From assembly GCA_044225505.1 (NCBI GenBank), contig JBGAIN010000084.1, positions 1 through 34,668 of the forward strand: 34,668 bases of DNA, given 5' to 3'. The translations under genes were made by a program, and so were the position numbers. Under the pieces are notes generated by a model, which saw only the letters and a list, made by a program, of their open reading frames with translations, did no database searches and was not told where the DNA came from. Positions 19,201 through 29,156 of the stretch are shown here, piece after piece. This DNA comes from Limisphaerales bacterium. GTDB lineage: Bacteria > Verrucomicrobiota > Verrucomicrobiia > Limisphaerales > SIBE01. Positions within the stretch are counted from its first letter, which is position 1. Each line of letters begins with the position of its first letter.

Positions 19201-21213
19201 ATGCCGACGATGTTACGACTCTGGCTCGTCACGCTGTTAACCGGCGCCGCGAGTTTGTCAACACACTCGGCCGACTTCGAAACCGCGGATACCCTCTGGG
19301 TGCGTGAGGTAGAACCGCTTCTGGATCGGAATTGCTTCAAATGCCATGGCGGTGTCCGGCAGAAGAGTGGGCTCGACCTTCGTTCGCTGGAAAACATTCT
19401 GAAAGGCGGCGATCACGGAATGGCCTTAGTCCCGGGCGATCCCGACGCCAGCCTGCTTTACCAACTCGTCCAAAAGGGCGCGGATCCGCATATGCCGCAG
19501 GACGAAAAGAAGCAACTGGCCGAACCTGACATCGCGGCGGTCCGCGCCTGGATCAGTGCATTACCCGGCACGAACCTGGTTCACGCGCCGTTGACGAATA
19601 CGGCTGCGTGGGCTCAAGAGTACACGAAAGCGTTCCGCGCCCTGGCCAAACCCACCTGGATTCCGTCGAAAGAAATGGAGACGCCACACGTTGTCGACCG
19701 TTTCCTGGAATTGAGCTGGAAACAGCGCGGCCTCCAACCGAGCGCACGAGCGCCTAACCCGGTGCTAGTTCGTCGTCTTTATCTGGATTTGGCCGGGCGC
19801 ATTCCTACACCCCAGGAACTTGCGGATTTCCAGGACAACGCTCATCCCGATCGCTGGTTGCGGCTGGTCGATGCCCTTTTAGCCAGTGACGACTATGCCA
19901 CGCGCATGGGTTCGGTTTTCGATGTTGTTCTCATGGAGCGACGCGACCCTGCCACCGAAACGCAGCGGCGCAGCCATGGTTGGTTCGATTTTCTCGAACA
20001 CGCCTTTCGCGCTAATTATGGCTGGGACCGGATCGTTCGCGAGCTCATCGTCGGAAGACCAGCTGCCCCACAAGACCGTGGCGCGGTTTGGTACCTATTT
20101 GAGCGGCAAAACAGTCACCAGGCTATCGCCGAGGCCGTGGCTCCTATCGCTTTCGGAGTGCAAATCGGCTGTGCCCAATGTCATAATCACCCTTTGGCGG
20201 CCGAAGTCGAACAGCGCCATTATTGGGGCCTTGTCGCCGCCTTTAACCGAAGCCAAAACGTCGAAACCGAATCCGGCAGCGCCGTAGCCGAATCGGCCAT
20301 TGGTGGGTTTGTTTCGTTTGCCAATCTCAAAAAGGAATCCCAGCCAGCTCAACTCGCCTTCCTCAACGGTTGTCTCGTTCCTGAAAAACGACCCGGAGAG
20401 AACGAAAAGGAATCCGATTCCCCCGATCGTTACACGGTCCCGCCCCCGTCCGAAAAGACCAAACCCGCACGGGCGTCGGTTCCTCGGTTCTCGCGGCGCG
20501 AAGCCCTGGCTGACGCCGCCACCCGTGGCAACCCGCAACTTGCCCGTGCCTTTGTCAATCGGATGTGGGCCTTGCTCTTCGGCCGCGGAATGGTGCATCC
20601 GGTGGATCAATTGGATTCGCGCCATCGCCCGAGTCACCCGGACCTCCTGAATTGGCTGGCTCAACGGTTCGAGCAACAGGGCTATGATATCAAGCGCCTC
20701 ATCCGTGATTTGGTCTGCACTTCAGCTTACCAACTCGACTCGCGCCCCGCGGGCGAGTCGCCGCCGCCCGTAGACTCGTTCGCATGCGCGCTGGAGAAAC
20801 CATTGTCCGCGGAACAGCTTTACCGCTCGTTCCTGGTGGCCACAGGCCACCCGCTTCCGCAGGAAGATTCAGCGCAAGACACAGCGTTGCGTCAGGCGTT
20901 CACCCGGCAATTCCCGGACCTTTTTCCCGGCGAGTACAGCGCTTCGCTGCAACAAGCCACCTTTCTGTCGAACTCGCCACTGATCGACCAACTGCTGCAG
21001 AGCAAGGAAGGCAACACCATGGCTCGTCTGCTCGCCCTCGATTCGAATGAACGCCGGATTTATCGCGCGTTTGAAGCCACACTCGCCCGTCTACCCGACT
21101 CCGAAGAATATCAACGATGCGCTGAATTACTGGCCAAACGCGGTCCGGAGGCTGGATTGAAACAAATCTTCTGGGCACTGACGACCAGCGCCGAATTCCA
21201 ACTGAACCATTGA
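19201..21213 (+). CDS. PSD1/planctomycete cytochrome c domain protein (PSCyt1 + DUF1549 + DUF1553)
   Basis: CFKCH and CAQCH heme-type motifs, LVRRLYLDLAGRIPT, FVNRMWALLFGRG and PSHPDLLNWLA. Signal peptide follows ATG 19201/19210. Confidence 0.9.
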   Translation: MPTMLRLWLVTLLTGAASLSTHSADFETADTLWVREVEPLLDRNCFKCHGGVRQKSGLDLRSLENILKGGDHGMALVPGDPDASLLYQLVQKGADPHMPQDEKKQLAEPDIAAVRAWISALPGTNLVHAPLTNTAAWAQEYTKAFRALAKPTWIPSKEMETPHVVDRFLELSWKQRGLQPSARAPNPVLVRRLYLDLAGRIPTPQELADFQDNAHPDRWLRLVDALLASDDYATRMGSVFDVVLMERRDPATETQRRSHGWFDFLEHAFRANYGWDRIVRELIVGRPAAPQDRGAVWYLFERQNSHQAIAEAVAPIAFGVQIGCAQCHNHPLAAEVEQRHYWGLVAAFNRSQNVETESGSAVAESAIGGFVSFANLKKESQPAQLAFLNGCLVPEKRPGENEKESDSPDRYTVPPPSEKTKPARASVPRFSRREALADAATRGNPQLARAFVNRMWALLFGRGMVHPVDQLDSRHRPSHPDLLNWLAQRFEQQGYDIKRLIRDLVCTSAYQLDSRPAGESPPPVDSFACALEKPLSAEQLYRSFLVATGHPLPQEDSAQDTALRQAFTRQFPDLFPGEYSASLQQATFLSNSPLIDQLLQSKEGNTMARLLALDSNERRIYRAFEATLARLPDSEEYQRCAELLAKRGPEAGLKQIFWALTTSAEFQLNH

Positions 21214-21217
21214 TGGT

Positions 21218-22549
21218 ATGGACGAGGAACCAAATCCGGGGTCAGGCGCCTGCACGCCGCCCGAGCATACGTTGCACCGTCGGCTTTTCCTGAAAGGGCT
21301 AGCGTCGAGCGGAGCGATCTCCCTCATGAGTTGGGGCGGACTTTTTTCGCTGCGCACGTTCGCGGAATTGGCACGTCGGCAACAGAAGCATTGCCTATTG
21401 CTTTGGCTCTGCGGAGCGCCGAGCCAATTCGAAACCTGGGATCCAAAACCCCAGAGCGTCTTTGGCGGACCGTTCCGGAGTATCCCCACCAAGCTCCCTG
21501 GGATTCATTTCAGCGAACTCATGCCTAAATGCGCCACCATTGCCGACAAGCTGGCCGTCGTCCGATCGATGAAGACCAAGCCCAATGAGCATTTCCAAGC
21601 GATCGATCTTTTGACCCGCGGCGCCGAACCTCGACCCCCATTTATCCGCCCTGCCCTCGGGTCCGTGCTCGCCCAACAACTGGGACATCTGGATAGCCCC
21701 ATCCCAAATTTCATCCTGCTTGATCCTGCGCCAGGCGGGAACGAATTCAAACAATTCAAAGCGGGCAACTGGGCTGGTTGGCTGGGCGCTCAATATGCCC
21801 CGGTTCGCACGGGCGGAGAGTTTAAGATTCCGGACATTCAACGCTTGGCAGACCTCACTACCGAGGATCAGGAAGAGCGCGAAGGGCTTCGACGGTTTCT
21901 TACCCGGAAATATCAGAACGAGCGCAAGAGTGCCGCGGCTGCCTCGCAAAACGCGGTGTTCGAACGAGTCAAAGGCCTCATGAGCTGCGCCGATTTGTTC
22001 GATTTGGAACGATTGCCCGCCCGTGATCGGGAACGCTACGGTCCGGGGGCATTCGCGCAACACACGCTCTTAGCCAGGAATCTGGTAGAAAACGGCGCCC
22101 CGTTCGTCATGGTGGCGAACGGCATGACGTGGGATTGCCACGTCTTTCAGCACGAAATCTACCAGATGCTCGTGCCGGAACTCGACCGGGTCATCTTTAA
22201 TCTGATCACAGATCTTGAACGCTCGGGCATGCTGGAACGAACGCTGGTGGTAATGATGGGAGAGTTCGGCCGAACACCTTGGCTCAATGCCAGCCGTGGT
22301 CGCGATCACTATCCCGATGCCTGGAGCCTGGCTCTAGCCGGCCATGGCATCCGGCCAGGCGTCGTCGTGGGCGCCACGGACGACGACGGTGTTTCCGTCA
22401 TCGACCGCCCGTTCAACGAAAAGAACTTGTTCGCCACCATCTTTCGCGCGCTGGATATTGACCCTTACGCCGAGTACGATCTGCCGGACTTGCCGACGTT
22501 TCACCGCGTTGAAGAGAGAGCTGACCCTATCCAAGAGGTGCTCGCGTGA
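21218..22549 (+). CDS. DUF1501 domain-containing protein, Tat signal
   Basis: HRRLFLKG, PSQFETWDPKP, WDCH, GEFGRTP and GRDHY motifs. Confidence 0.92.
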   Translation: MDEEPNPGSGACTPPEHTLHRRLFLKGLASSGAISLMSWGGLFSLRTFAELARRQQKHCLLLWLCGAPSQFETWDPKPQSVFGGPFRSIPTKLPGIHFSELMPKCATIADKLAVVRSMKTKPNEHFQAIDLLTRGAEPRPPFIRPALGSVLAQQLGHLDSPIPNFILLDPAPGGNEFKQFKAGNWAGWLGAQYAPVRTGGEFKIPDIQRLADLTTEDQEEREGLRRFLTRKYQNERKSAAAASQNAVFERVKGLMSCADLFDLERLPARDRERYGPGAFAQHTLLARNLVENGAPFVMVANGMTWDCHVFQHEIYQMLVPELDRVIFNLITDLERSGMLERTLVVMMGEFGRTPWLNASRGRDHYPDAWSLALAGHGIRPGVVVGATDDDGVSVIDRPFNEKNLFATIFRALDIDPYAEYDLPDLPTFHRVEERADPIQEVLA

Positions 22550-23664
22550 ACCCGTCCACCACCCCACCCCCACCCTCCCAGCCCCAACCCGTCGCGCTGG
22601 TTGGCGAGGTTAAACTGCCCACCGCCGCTCTCGGCATCGCTGCCACTCCCGACGGCGACCGGGCGTTCGCCGCATGTTTGGACGGCGGCATTTATGAGAT
22701 CGATGTCGCATCCGGCAACCGAGATCGAATCGGCCGACACGAGAGCTACGCATCGGGCGTCTGCCTGCTGCCAAACGCTCAACTCCTGATCTCCGCCGGG
22801 TACGATGGTGTGCTGCAATGGCACGATCTTGCGGAACGCAACCTGATCCGCAAAGTCGAAGCCCATCGGTTCTGGTCCTGGAAACTGGTCCACTCGCACG
22901 ATGAGCGCTTTATCGCCTCCGTCACCGGACAGTACCAGGCGGGCAGCTATAAGTATGAACCAGCCCCTGAAATCGAGCCGTCCGTGAAAGTCTTTGACGC
23001 GATTTCCGGAGAACTGCGCCAGGCTTTCTCGCAAACGCCCCCCGTCCTCGCCGCCGCCTTCTCCCCGGATAGTCGTTACCTGGCATCGGCGAACATGATG
23101 GGTGAGGTGCGAATTTGGGACCTGGAAACTGGGAAGTTGGCGGCCAACTGGACGACGCCAGATTTCACGAGTTGGGGAACAGTCAAAAGCCATCATTACA
23201 TCGGCGGTATCTTCGGAGCCCGATTTTCATTCGATGGGGAATCCTTGTGGGTCTGCGGGATGGGTCCCATGTCCGACCCCATGGCGGGCAATGGCAAGCA
23301 AACCTGGCAACGATACGCCTGGCGCGACCTGCCTCCTCGCAAAACCCAGGAGATTGCCGATGGTGACCGTGGCAACGGACTGATGGAAACGCTCGCGTTG
23401 CATCCGGCAGGCGGTGTGTTTTTGATGGCCGGAAGGTTGGCCCAGGGCAAATGGAACCTCGCGTTCTTTGATGAGGCCTCCGGCAAACTGCTACATTCCC
23501 TCGACACCAAGATGCGGATCACAGATTCTCAGTTCGTCGCCGGAGGAACCTCCTTGCTGCTGGCTGGCGCCGTGGGGCAAGGGAACAAGAAGGACGGCAA
23601 ATATCCGGAGTTTGGACGCTTGCAACGCTATGCCTATCGGGGAGACCTGCTCATGGCGGTTTGA
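22546..23664 (+). CDS. WD40-repeat beta-propeller protein
   Basis: LISAGYDGVLQWHD and FSPDSRYLASA...VRIWD repeats. The start overlaps the DUF1501 stop (GTGA). Confidence 0.85.
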   Translation: MNPSTTPPPPSQPQPVALVGEVKLPTAALGIAATPDGDRAFAACLDGGIYEIDVASGNRDRIGRHESYASGVCLLPNAQLLISAGYDGVLQWHDLAERNLIRKVEAHRFWSWKLVHSHDERFIASVTGQYQAGSYKYEPAPEIEPSVKVFDAISGELRQAFSQTPPVLAAAFSPDSRYLASANMMGEVRIWDLETGKLAANWTTPDFTSWGTVKSHHYIGGIFGARFSFDGESLWVCGMGPMSDPMAGNGKQTWQRYAWRDLPPRKTQEIADGDRGNGLMETLALHPAGGVFLMAGRLAQGKWNLAFFDEASGKLLHSLDTKMRITDSQFVAGGTSLLLAGAVGQGNKKDGKYPEFGRLQRYAYRGDLLMAV

Positions 23665-23760
23665 GCCGCCTCCACCCTCGTCCTGCCGCTCGGCCACAGG
23701 GCTGGCCGGCATCGTCGCTCCTTGTTGAACTTAGCCTGGTTCTTCCGCTATTGATTCCCG

Positions 23761-24594
23761 ATGCGTATCGATTCGCACCAACACTTCTGGCAGTACCAAG
23801 CCGCTGACTATCCTTGGATCTCCGATGCCATGACCGTCCTGCGGCGGGATTTCTTGCCCAACGATCTCGCCCCGCTTCTAAAATCCATCCAGTTTGACGG
23901 TTCCATCGCCGTCCAAGCCCGACAGACTCTCGCCGAAACCGAATGGCTCCTGCAACTCGCCGACTCAAACTCAATGGTCCGAGGAGTCGTGGGATGGGTC
24001 GACCTGCGCTCGCCGCAACTCCACCAGCAGTTACAGAAGCTCGCGCCTCACCCAAAACTTGTTGGCGTTCGCCACGTCGTTCAGGACGAACCGGATGACG
24101 AGTTTATGCTCCGTCCGGATTTCCACCGGGGAATCGCCCAACTACGGGGGTTTGACCTGACGTATGACCTGCTGCTGTTCCCACGGCATCTGCGCGCGGC
24201 CGCCAAACTGGTAAAAGCATTTCCAGAGCAGCGCTTTGTGCTGGATCACATTGCCAAGCCACGGATCCGCGAAGGCAAGCTTGCGCCCTGGGATGCGGAT
24301 ATGCAGCAACTGGCCCAGTATCCCAACGTGTTCTGTAAACTGTCGGGGATGGTGACGGAAGCGGGCTGGAACCAGTGGCGAGATGAGGACTTCAGACCCT
24401 ATCTCGAGATCGCTCTGAAGAGTTTCGGCCCGGAGCGCCTGATGATCGGCTCGGATTGGCCCGTTTGCACAGTCTCAGGAGATTACGTTTCTACCATGCG
24501 GATCGTAATGGATCACATCCAGGCGCTCTCGGCGACCGAACAAGCGGCTATTCTTGGAGACAACTGCCTGCGGTTCTACGGGTTAGCAGCGTGA
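23761..24594 (+). CDS. Amidohydrolase family protein, L-fucono-1,5-lactonase-like
   Basis: IDSHQHFW, GVRH, FVLDHIAKP, KLSG and GSDWP motifs. Confidence 0.85.
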   Translation: MRIDSHQHFWQYQAADYPWISDAMTVLRRDFLPNDLAPLLKSIQFDGSIAVQARQTLAETEWLLQLADSNSMVRGVVGWVDLRSPQLHQQLQKLAPHPKLVGVRHVVQDEPDDEFMLRPDFHRGIAQLRGFDLTYDLLLFPRHLRAAAKLVKAFPEQRFVLDHIAKPRIREGKLAPWDADMQQLAQYPNVFCKLSGMVTEAGWNQWRDEDFRPYLEIALKSFGPERLMIGSDWPVCTVSGDYVSTMRIVMDHIQALSATEQAAILGDNCLRFYGLAA

Positions 24595-24620
24595 GAACCG
24601 GCCTGGAAATGAGGAGGCTC

Positions 24621-24727
24621 ACTCGTTAACAACCCGGATTGGACGCGGAAATTACAGGCATTTAACACGGCGCGACTCCGTGTTAAATCCGAGTTATATC
24701 CGTGTATAATCCGGGTTATATACGAAT
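24621..24727. repeat. Long imperfect inverted repeat composed of tandem 11-bp units
   Basis: 50-bp arms (38/50 complementary by manual count) around the 7-nt loop CGCGACT. Right side reads TCCGTGTTAAA TCCGAGTTATA TCCGTGTATAA TCCGGGTTATA TACGAATAAAC. Confidence 0.85.
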
Positions 24728-24922
24728 AAACAACGTCCAGCCAGGGCGAGAGCTCAATAACGGGAGGTGGATAATCGTGTCTGGCGCTGGAAGTCGGTTG
24801 CAGATTCTACCCCATCGAAGAGCGTCGTTGTGGCTCCAAAACGAGCGGTTCCTGAGCAGCTCAGGCCCGGAAGGCGGTGGATTTTTCAGCTATAGCCCCG
24901 GCCCGCATCGCACGAAGACGGC

Positions 24923-26773
24923 CTATCGAACTTGGACGAGACGCAGCGAAGTGGCATCGAACCAGGCTTCCCCAGCCGTCGCTTTCAGTTCGCAGATCAA
25001 TTCCACCTCGGAAGCCTTTTCCACTGGAAAGGCGCTCTGGAACAGCTTCCAGTCCGCGGTCCCTGTCAGCTTCGGCGGCATTGTGCCCTTGGAAATGCGC
25101 AAACCAGCTCCCGATCGAGTATCACCTTCCGCCACGGTCACGCCCACCACCCGCACGCGGCCTTCAAACCGATATTGACCCGGTGCGAGCACGACTCGCG
25201 TTCGCCACGAACCGGTGCTTTCGCCATTGGCTTGGACAACCAATGCGCGCTTGCCGGAATCGGCGTCCTCTTCCCGGAACGCAGGATCGCCCGATTGCAG
25301 CACGCCTTGCTTCCAGTTCGTCAAGGGCAACGTCCGATCGCTTCCGAACTTCACCGGTTCGATCGGCAGACCAAAGTTCGGTCGCAAATTCGCCATGCGA
25401 CGCGCCACCCGATGTTTCAGACCGTTGGCGCGCTGGCGGAACAGTTTAGCCCCGTCTGGATCCGTCTTGGCCAGTTCGGTAGAGATTCCCACGGCCCACC
25501 GGTCCAACTTGGCGCTAATCTCATCGACCCGGAAAACGTCGCGGTAAAGCTGTTCCAGTCGAGCACGATAACGGCGCTGGCCTTCGGCAGTGCCCAGGAC
25601 GGCGCGGGATACCTGCCCCTGAATGTTTTGCGGTAAAAGCGAGCCATCGTTAGCCATCTGGGGCCCCCCGCCAAAGAGCTGGTCCAAGCCATGCGGGATA
25701 AAAACCATGCGATTCGCTTTTAGGTCATGAAACACGCGCCAGTTGTTCCGGTTGAGCGTGTAGCCATCCCAATGGCCAAGCAAAGTCTCCATGGCAACCA
25801 TGGTGACGAAGCGGTCGACATCGAGCGCTTCGTCCAACTTGGCGAAATTCGCGCCCCGACTGGCCGCCCGGAGCGCGTTCAGGCCCGTATGATTCTTGGG
25901 GTCATCGCCAGAATTGACCGCGAGGCGGCTTCCGATATCGCGGCAAAAGCCGCCATCGTAAAGGTTGCCCTTCGGATCTTCGAAGTGCCGTTTTAGGAAC
26001 CGTTTATTGGCGCCTTCGAGCAAGACGTACATTCCCAGATATCGGCCGTTAAGTTCCACGGTGGCGTGCGACGCTCGCGGCACTGGCACTCCCGCCTCCA
26101 GGAAAAGTTCCCGCGCCAGCTTTTCCGAGAGAAAACTCGAATCCTGCACTGAATTGTTGAGGGAAATCTTGTTTAGCCCATGGAAGGTCTGCTCCGGCTC
26201 AAATTTATCGAACTTTAGCGTCAGTGCGGGTTTGTCGCTAATCGACCGGAAACTCCCGGCCGCCCCTTTAAGATGGACCGCTACGTTCGTAAAGACCTGT
26301 CCCCCCTCCCGAATGGTGGCGCGAGCTGTCGGCCGCTCGCCATTATCACGTCGCGATCGACCGAGCACATTGAGCCCCGCTGGAGGGATTTGGATTTGAA
26401 TGCGCAAGAGTGTCGGTTGCTCGAACAGCGCGTTGGCGAGATCTTTCTTGGAACGAGGCGGAGCCGTCCCGGCAGCGGCTGGCTCTTCTAGCTCAGCCCG
26501 GGCCGCAGGGGGTTCCTTGGTGCGACGCAGTGGCTCGCGCCTCGGGGGTTCAAGAGCCCGAGGGGGTTGGGAGGGAACGCTTTCGGGATTTAAGGCGGGT
26601 TTCGTCTCGGCTGGTTGGACAACGGGTCCTGGTTCCCTCTCAACAGGTTGCGGGATAGGATGCTCTTCTGCCAAGGGCGGTTGCGGATCAGGAGCTTTAC
26701 GACTGCAGCTGGCGGCCAAAGACAAGAAGCCTGCCAATAGACATAGCGCCAGACTTCGCGGTGAGCGGTTCAT
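24923..26773 (-). CDS. CotH kinase family lipoprotein with Pro-rich linker and C-terminal beta-sandwich
   Basis: Lipobox LAASC, VAVHLKG, KISLNNSVQD, GHWDGY..NRNN and FIPHGLDQLF motifs. Confidence 0.85.
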   Translation of the reverse strand: MNRSPRSLALCLLAGFLSLAASCSRKAPDPQPPLAEEHPIPQPVEREPGPVVQPAETKPALNPESVPSQPPRALEPPRREPLRRTKEPPAARAELEEPAAAGTAPPRSKKDLANALFEQPTLLRIQIQIPPAGLNVLGRSRRDNGERPTARATIREGGQVFTNVAVHLKGAAGSFRSISDKPALTLKFDKFEPEQTFHGLNKISLNNSVQDSSFLSEKLARELFLEAGVPVPRASHATVELNGRYLGMYVLLEGANKRFLKRHFEDPKGNLYDGGFCRDIGSRLAVNSGDDPKNHTGLNALRAASRGANFAKLDEALDVDRFVTMVAMETLLGHWDGYTLNRNNWRVFHDLKANRMVFIPHGLDQLFGGGPQMANDGSLLPQNIQGQVSRAVLGTAEGQRRYRARLEQLYRDVFRVDEISAKLDRWAVGISTELAKTDPDGAKLFRQRANGLKHRVARRMANLRPNFGLPIEPVKFGSDRTLPLTNWKQGVLQSGDPAFREEDADSGKRALVVQANGESTGSWRTRVVLAPGQYRFEGRVRVVGVTVAEGDTRSGAGLRISKGTMPPKLTGTADWKLFQSAFPVEKASEVELICELKATAGEAWFDATSLRLVQVR

Positions 26774-27011
26774 TGAATCAGATTCTCCTGGTCAAACGTT
26801 ACCGACCGCCAAATTGGTCGAAACATCCTGTCCTCCTCACTAACACCGATACGCGTGCGCTTGTTGCATTAAATTCTCAAGGTCGCAGGATTGTCCGGCT
26901 CGGACATTCGACCGGGGGAGTCCTTGATGCACAGTTTGGGGCTGCACCGTCGGACCGAGCCGCGGTCCGAGTTCCTGAGCTGACGGAGCGCCGGCCCCAG
27001 GCTTCACCTCG

Positions 27012-28973
27012 CTAACTGTAACACCGGATTTCGTAAAGGCGCGCTTCCTTTACTCCGTGGGTCGTAGTAACACGCAGTCGCAACGCCGAAACCGAAACCG
27101 GCTCGCCTGGGTGCCGACGTAATCGCTGATAATTGCCCGTCACGGTTGTCCACACCTGCCAGTCTGTCGCTGGATTGGGACGGTAGAGTAGTTGGTAATC
27201 GCGAACGGTCTCGGGCTGAGGTGCTCGCACCATTTTGGCATTCAAGCTGTCTTGGTGCGTCAAAGTCAATTCGCGCTCGAACCCGGTATCAAACGTCAAT
27301 TGCACTGCCCGGAGGGTTTGTGGCTTAGTCCAATCCAACTGAAGCCACGCTCCTTCCGCCGTCAGTTCTCCTCGCCAACAGTGCTCCCGCTTTCCGGGCA
27401 GATCACGAACAACGCCGTCGATCACGACCTCGGGTTCGGACCCGGGCAGCGCCGATGAAGCTGAGATCTCGGCGTGCCTGGCTAGATCGAGCGGATCTCC
27501 GTTGCGGCGATCCCGAATCGTCTGGTCGTCGCGTAAGAGCGCCTGCTGCAGGCGATCGACCTGTTGAGGATCAGAGGCCAGGTCTCTGGGCAAGAGTCCG
27601 CGTTGCGCACAAAGCGCGGCGGCCGTGCCCATAGCTTGCCCAATCACTGCGCAGGTCGCCATCACTCGCGTGCTGGTAAATGCCACATGGGAAGCGCTGA
27701 TATTCCGACCCGCCATCCATAGGTTGGCAATATTGCGGCTGTAAAGGGACCGCAACGGAATGTTGTAAGGATAAGGTGGCGGCAAGGTCCGAAACGGCTT
27801 CAGATCAGATCGGTCAAAACCAGCGGGCGGATGATCATCCAACCCCCAACCGCCAATGCACACCGCGTCCGCAAAATCGCCGTTCTTCCCGAGCAAATCC
27901 TGCTCGGTCAGGATATGATCCCCGACCAGGCGGCGGCTCCCGCGTTTTCCGGGAATCATGCCGACCCAATCCATCGCCCAGTGCCGACTGGAAGGATGTT
28001 CCCCCGAATTCTTAATGTAATCCCAGACGCCCAGCGCGATGCGCAACAACTCAAACCGGATCGTTTCGTGATCGTGAATCGTGTTCAGATGCCCGCCCCA
28101 TTCCACCCACCAGTAGCCATACTCCCAAGATGAGATAGGCCGAAATCGTAGCATTTCTTTGCTGATCTGGCGCGCCCAAGCTGGAGGTTGAAAGGGCATG
28201 GGCTGTGGGTGCTCCCTGGAAGTGAAAAGAATTGTGCTCCCCAACGTATGCGTGTCTTCCTGATCCAAGGCGAGCGATTCATTGAATGCCGCTTTGCTCT
28301 CACGCCCTTGACGCAAGTCCGCTCCAGCCTCGAGACCCAACCGGCAATCACCCGTGCAGTCCGCAAAATGCGCGGCTTGTACGCGATAAAAATGTTCGGA
28401 CTTATCGCAACGACAGAGAGCACGTCGAATTCGTCCCGCATCCGTTTCCGCAGCACAACAGGTCGTATCCAAGAGGAGCGTGATGTTGGGTTCGCTCTTG
28501 ATTTTGTCGTAGAGGAGCAAGTCCCACATTTCCCGGCTCCGTTGGGGGTTATGAACGGCATCGTCCAGGCGCAATTCTTCAATCAGCCCACCTTCCCTCC
28601 AACCGGGACGCTGCCCGTGCATATCCGCTCCGACCACGTGCATTTTAACTTCGCTCGATGAATTGCCACCGAGTCGCGAGCGGTCCTGCGCCAAAACGAC
28701 TTTGGCCCCGCGCCGAGCTGCGGCCAGCGCGGCACAAACTCCAGCCAGACCGCCTCCGGCGATGAACAGGTCACACGTTAGGTCGACCAATTTCAAATGG
28801 GGCTCGATCAGCAGTGGGTTTTCCACCAGGGCCCGGGATGCCGTTTCTCGCCCGGGCCTGGCTAACTCCTCAGGAGGCGCGGGACTCAGTGGAGCCAGCC
28901 CGCTCTCCAGACGGACGCAAAGAGAGAAGGTGCTCGCAGCGCCGGCGGCCTGGAAAAATTTGCGGCGATTCAT
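27012..28973 (-). CDS. FAD-dependent oxidoreductase with Tat signal and C-terminal discoidin-like domain
   Basis: NRRKFF, IAGGGLAG, LGGNSSSE, DCTGD, AGRNISASH and STRVMAT motifs; C-terminal WLQLDW...ARLYEIRCY. Confidence 0.85.
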   Translation of the reverse strand: MNRRKFFQAAGAASTFSLCVRLESGLAPLSPAPPEELARPGRETASRALVENPLLIEPHLKLVDLTCDLFIAGGGLAGVCAALAAARRGAKVVLAQDRSRLGGNSSSEVKMHVVGADMHGQRPGWREGGLIEELRLDDAVHNPQRSREMWDLLLYDKIKSEPNITLLLDTTCCAAETDAGRIRRALCRCDKSEHFYRVQAAHFADCTGDCRLGLEAGADLRQGRESKAAFNESLALDQEDTHTLGSTILFTSREHPQPMPFQPPAWARQISKEMLRFRPISSWEYGYWWVEWGGHLNTIHDHETIRFELLRIALGVWDYIKNSGEHPSSRHWAMDWVGMIPGKRGSRRLVGDHILTEQDLLGKNGDFADAVCIGGWGLDDHPPAGFDRSDLKPFRTLPPPYPYNIPLRSLYSRNIANLWMAGRNISASHVAFTSTRVMATCAVIGQAMGTAAALCAQRGLLPRDLASDPQQVDRLQQALLRDDQTIRDRRNGDPLDLARHAEISASSALPGSEPEVVIDGVVRDLPGKREHCWRGELTAEGAWLQLDWTKPQTLRAVQLTFDTGFERELTLTHQDSLNAKMVRAPQPETVRDYQLLYRPNPATDWQVWTTVTGNYQRLRRHPGEPVSVSALRLRVTTTHGVKEARLYEIRCYS

Positions 28974-29156
28974 AAGTTCACGAGCGACCGAACGCGGCGC
29001 GGGCTCGAGGACGCCACGTGCTGGTTGCAGGCGGTCTTTATCAGGGAGCCTAGCCCGGGCTCGGCCTTTTAAGATTACCGTCTCGCCAGCGCGCTACGAA
29101 AGCTTCGCAACCGACGCTGGCAGGATCTTCAACGCGACCCGCCAATACGGCAACCG

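Noticed and set aside
18371..19240. Short ORFs in the divergent spacer (103-130 aa)
   Set aside because: No recognisable domain, and they run through palindromic DNA. Peptides such as VTKSHQ and VRKLRTT simply reflect the palindromes.
24677..24731. Tandem repeats as a CRISPR array
   Set aside because: Units are 11 bp with no spacers, and no cas genes are present.
24702..25178. 158-aa plus-strand ORF
   Set aside because: Starts within the repeat and overlaps cotH antisense.
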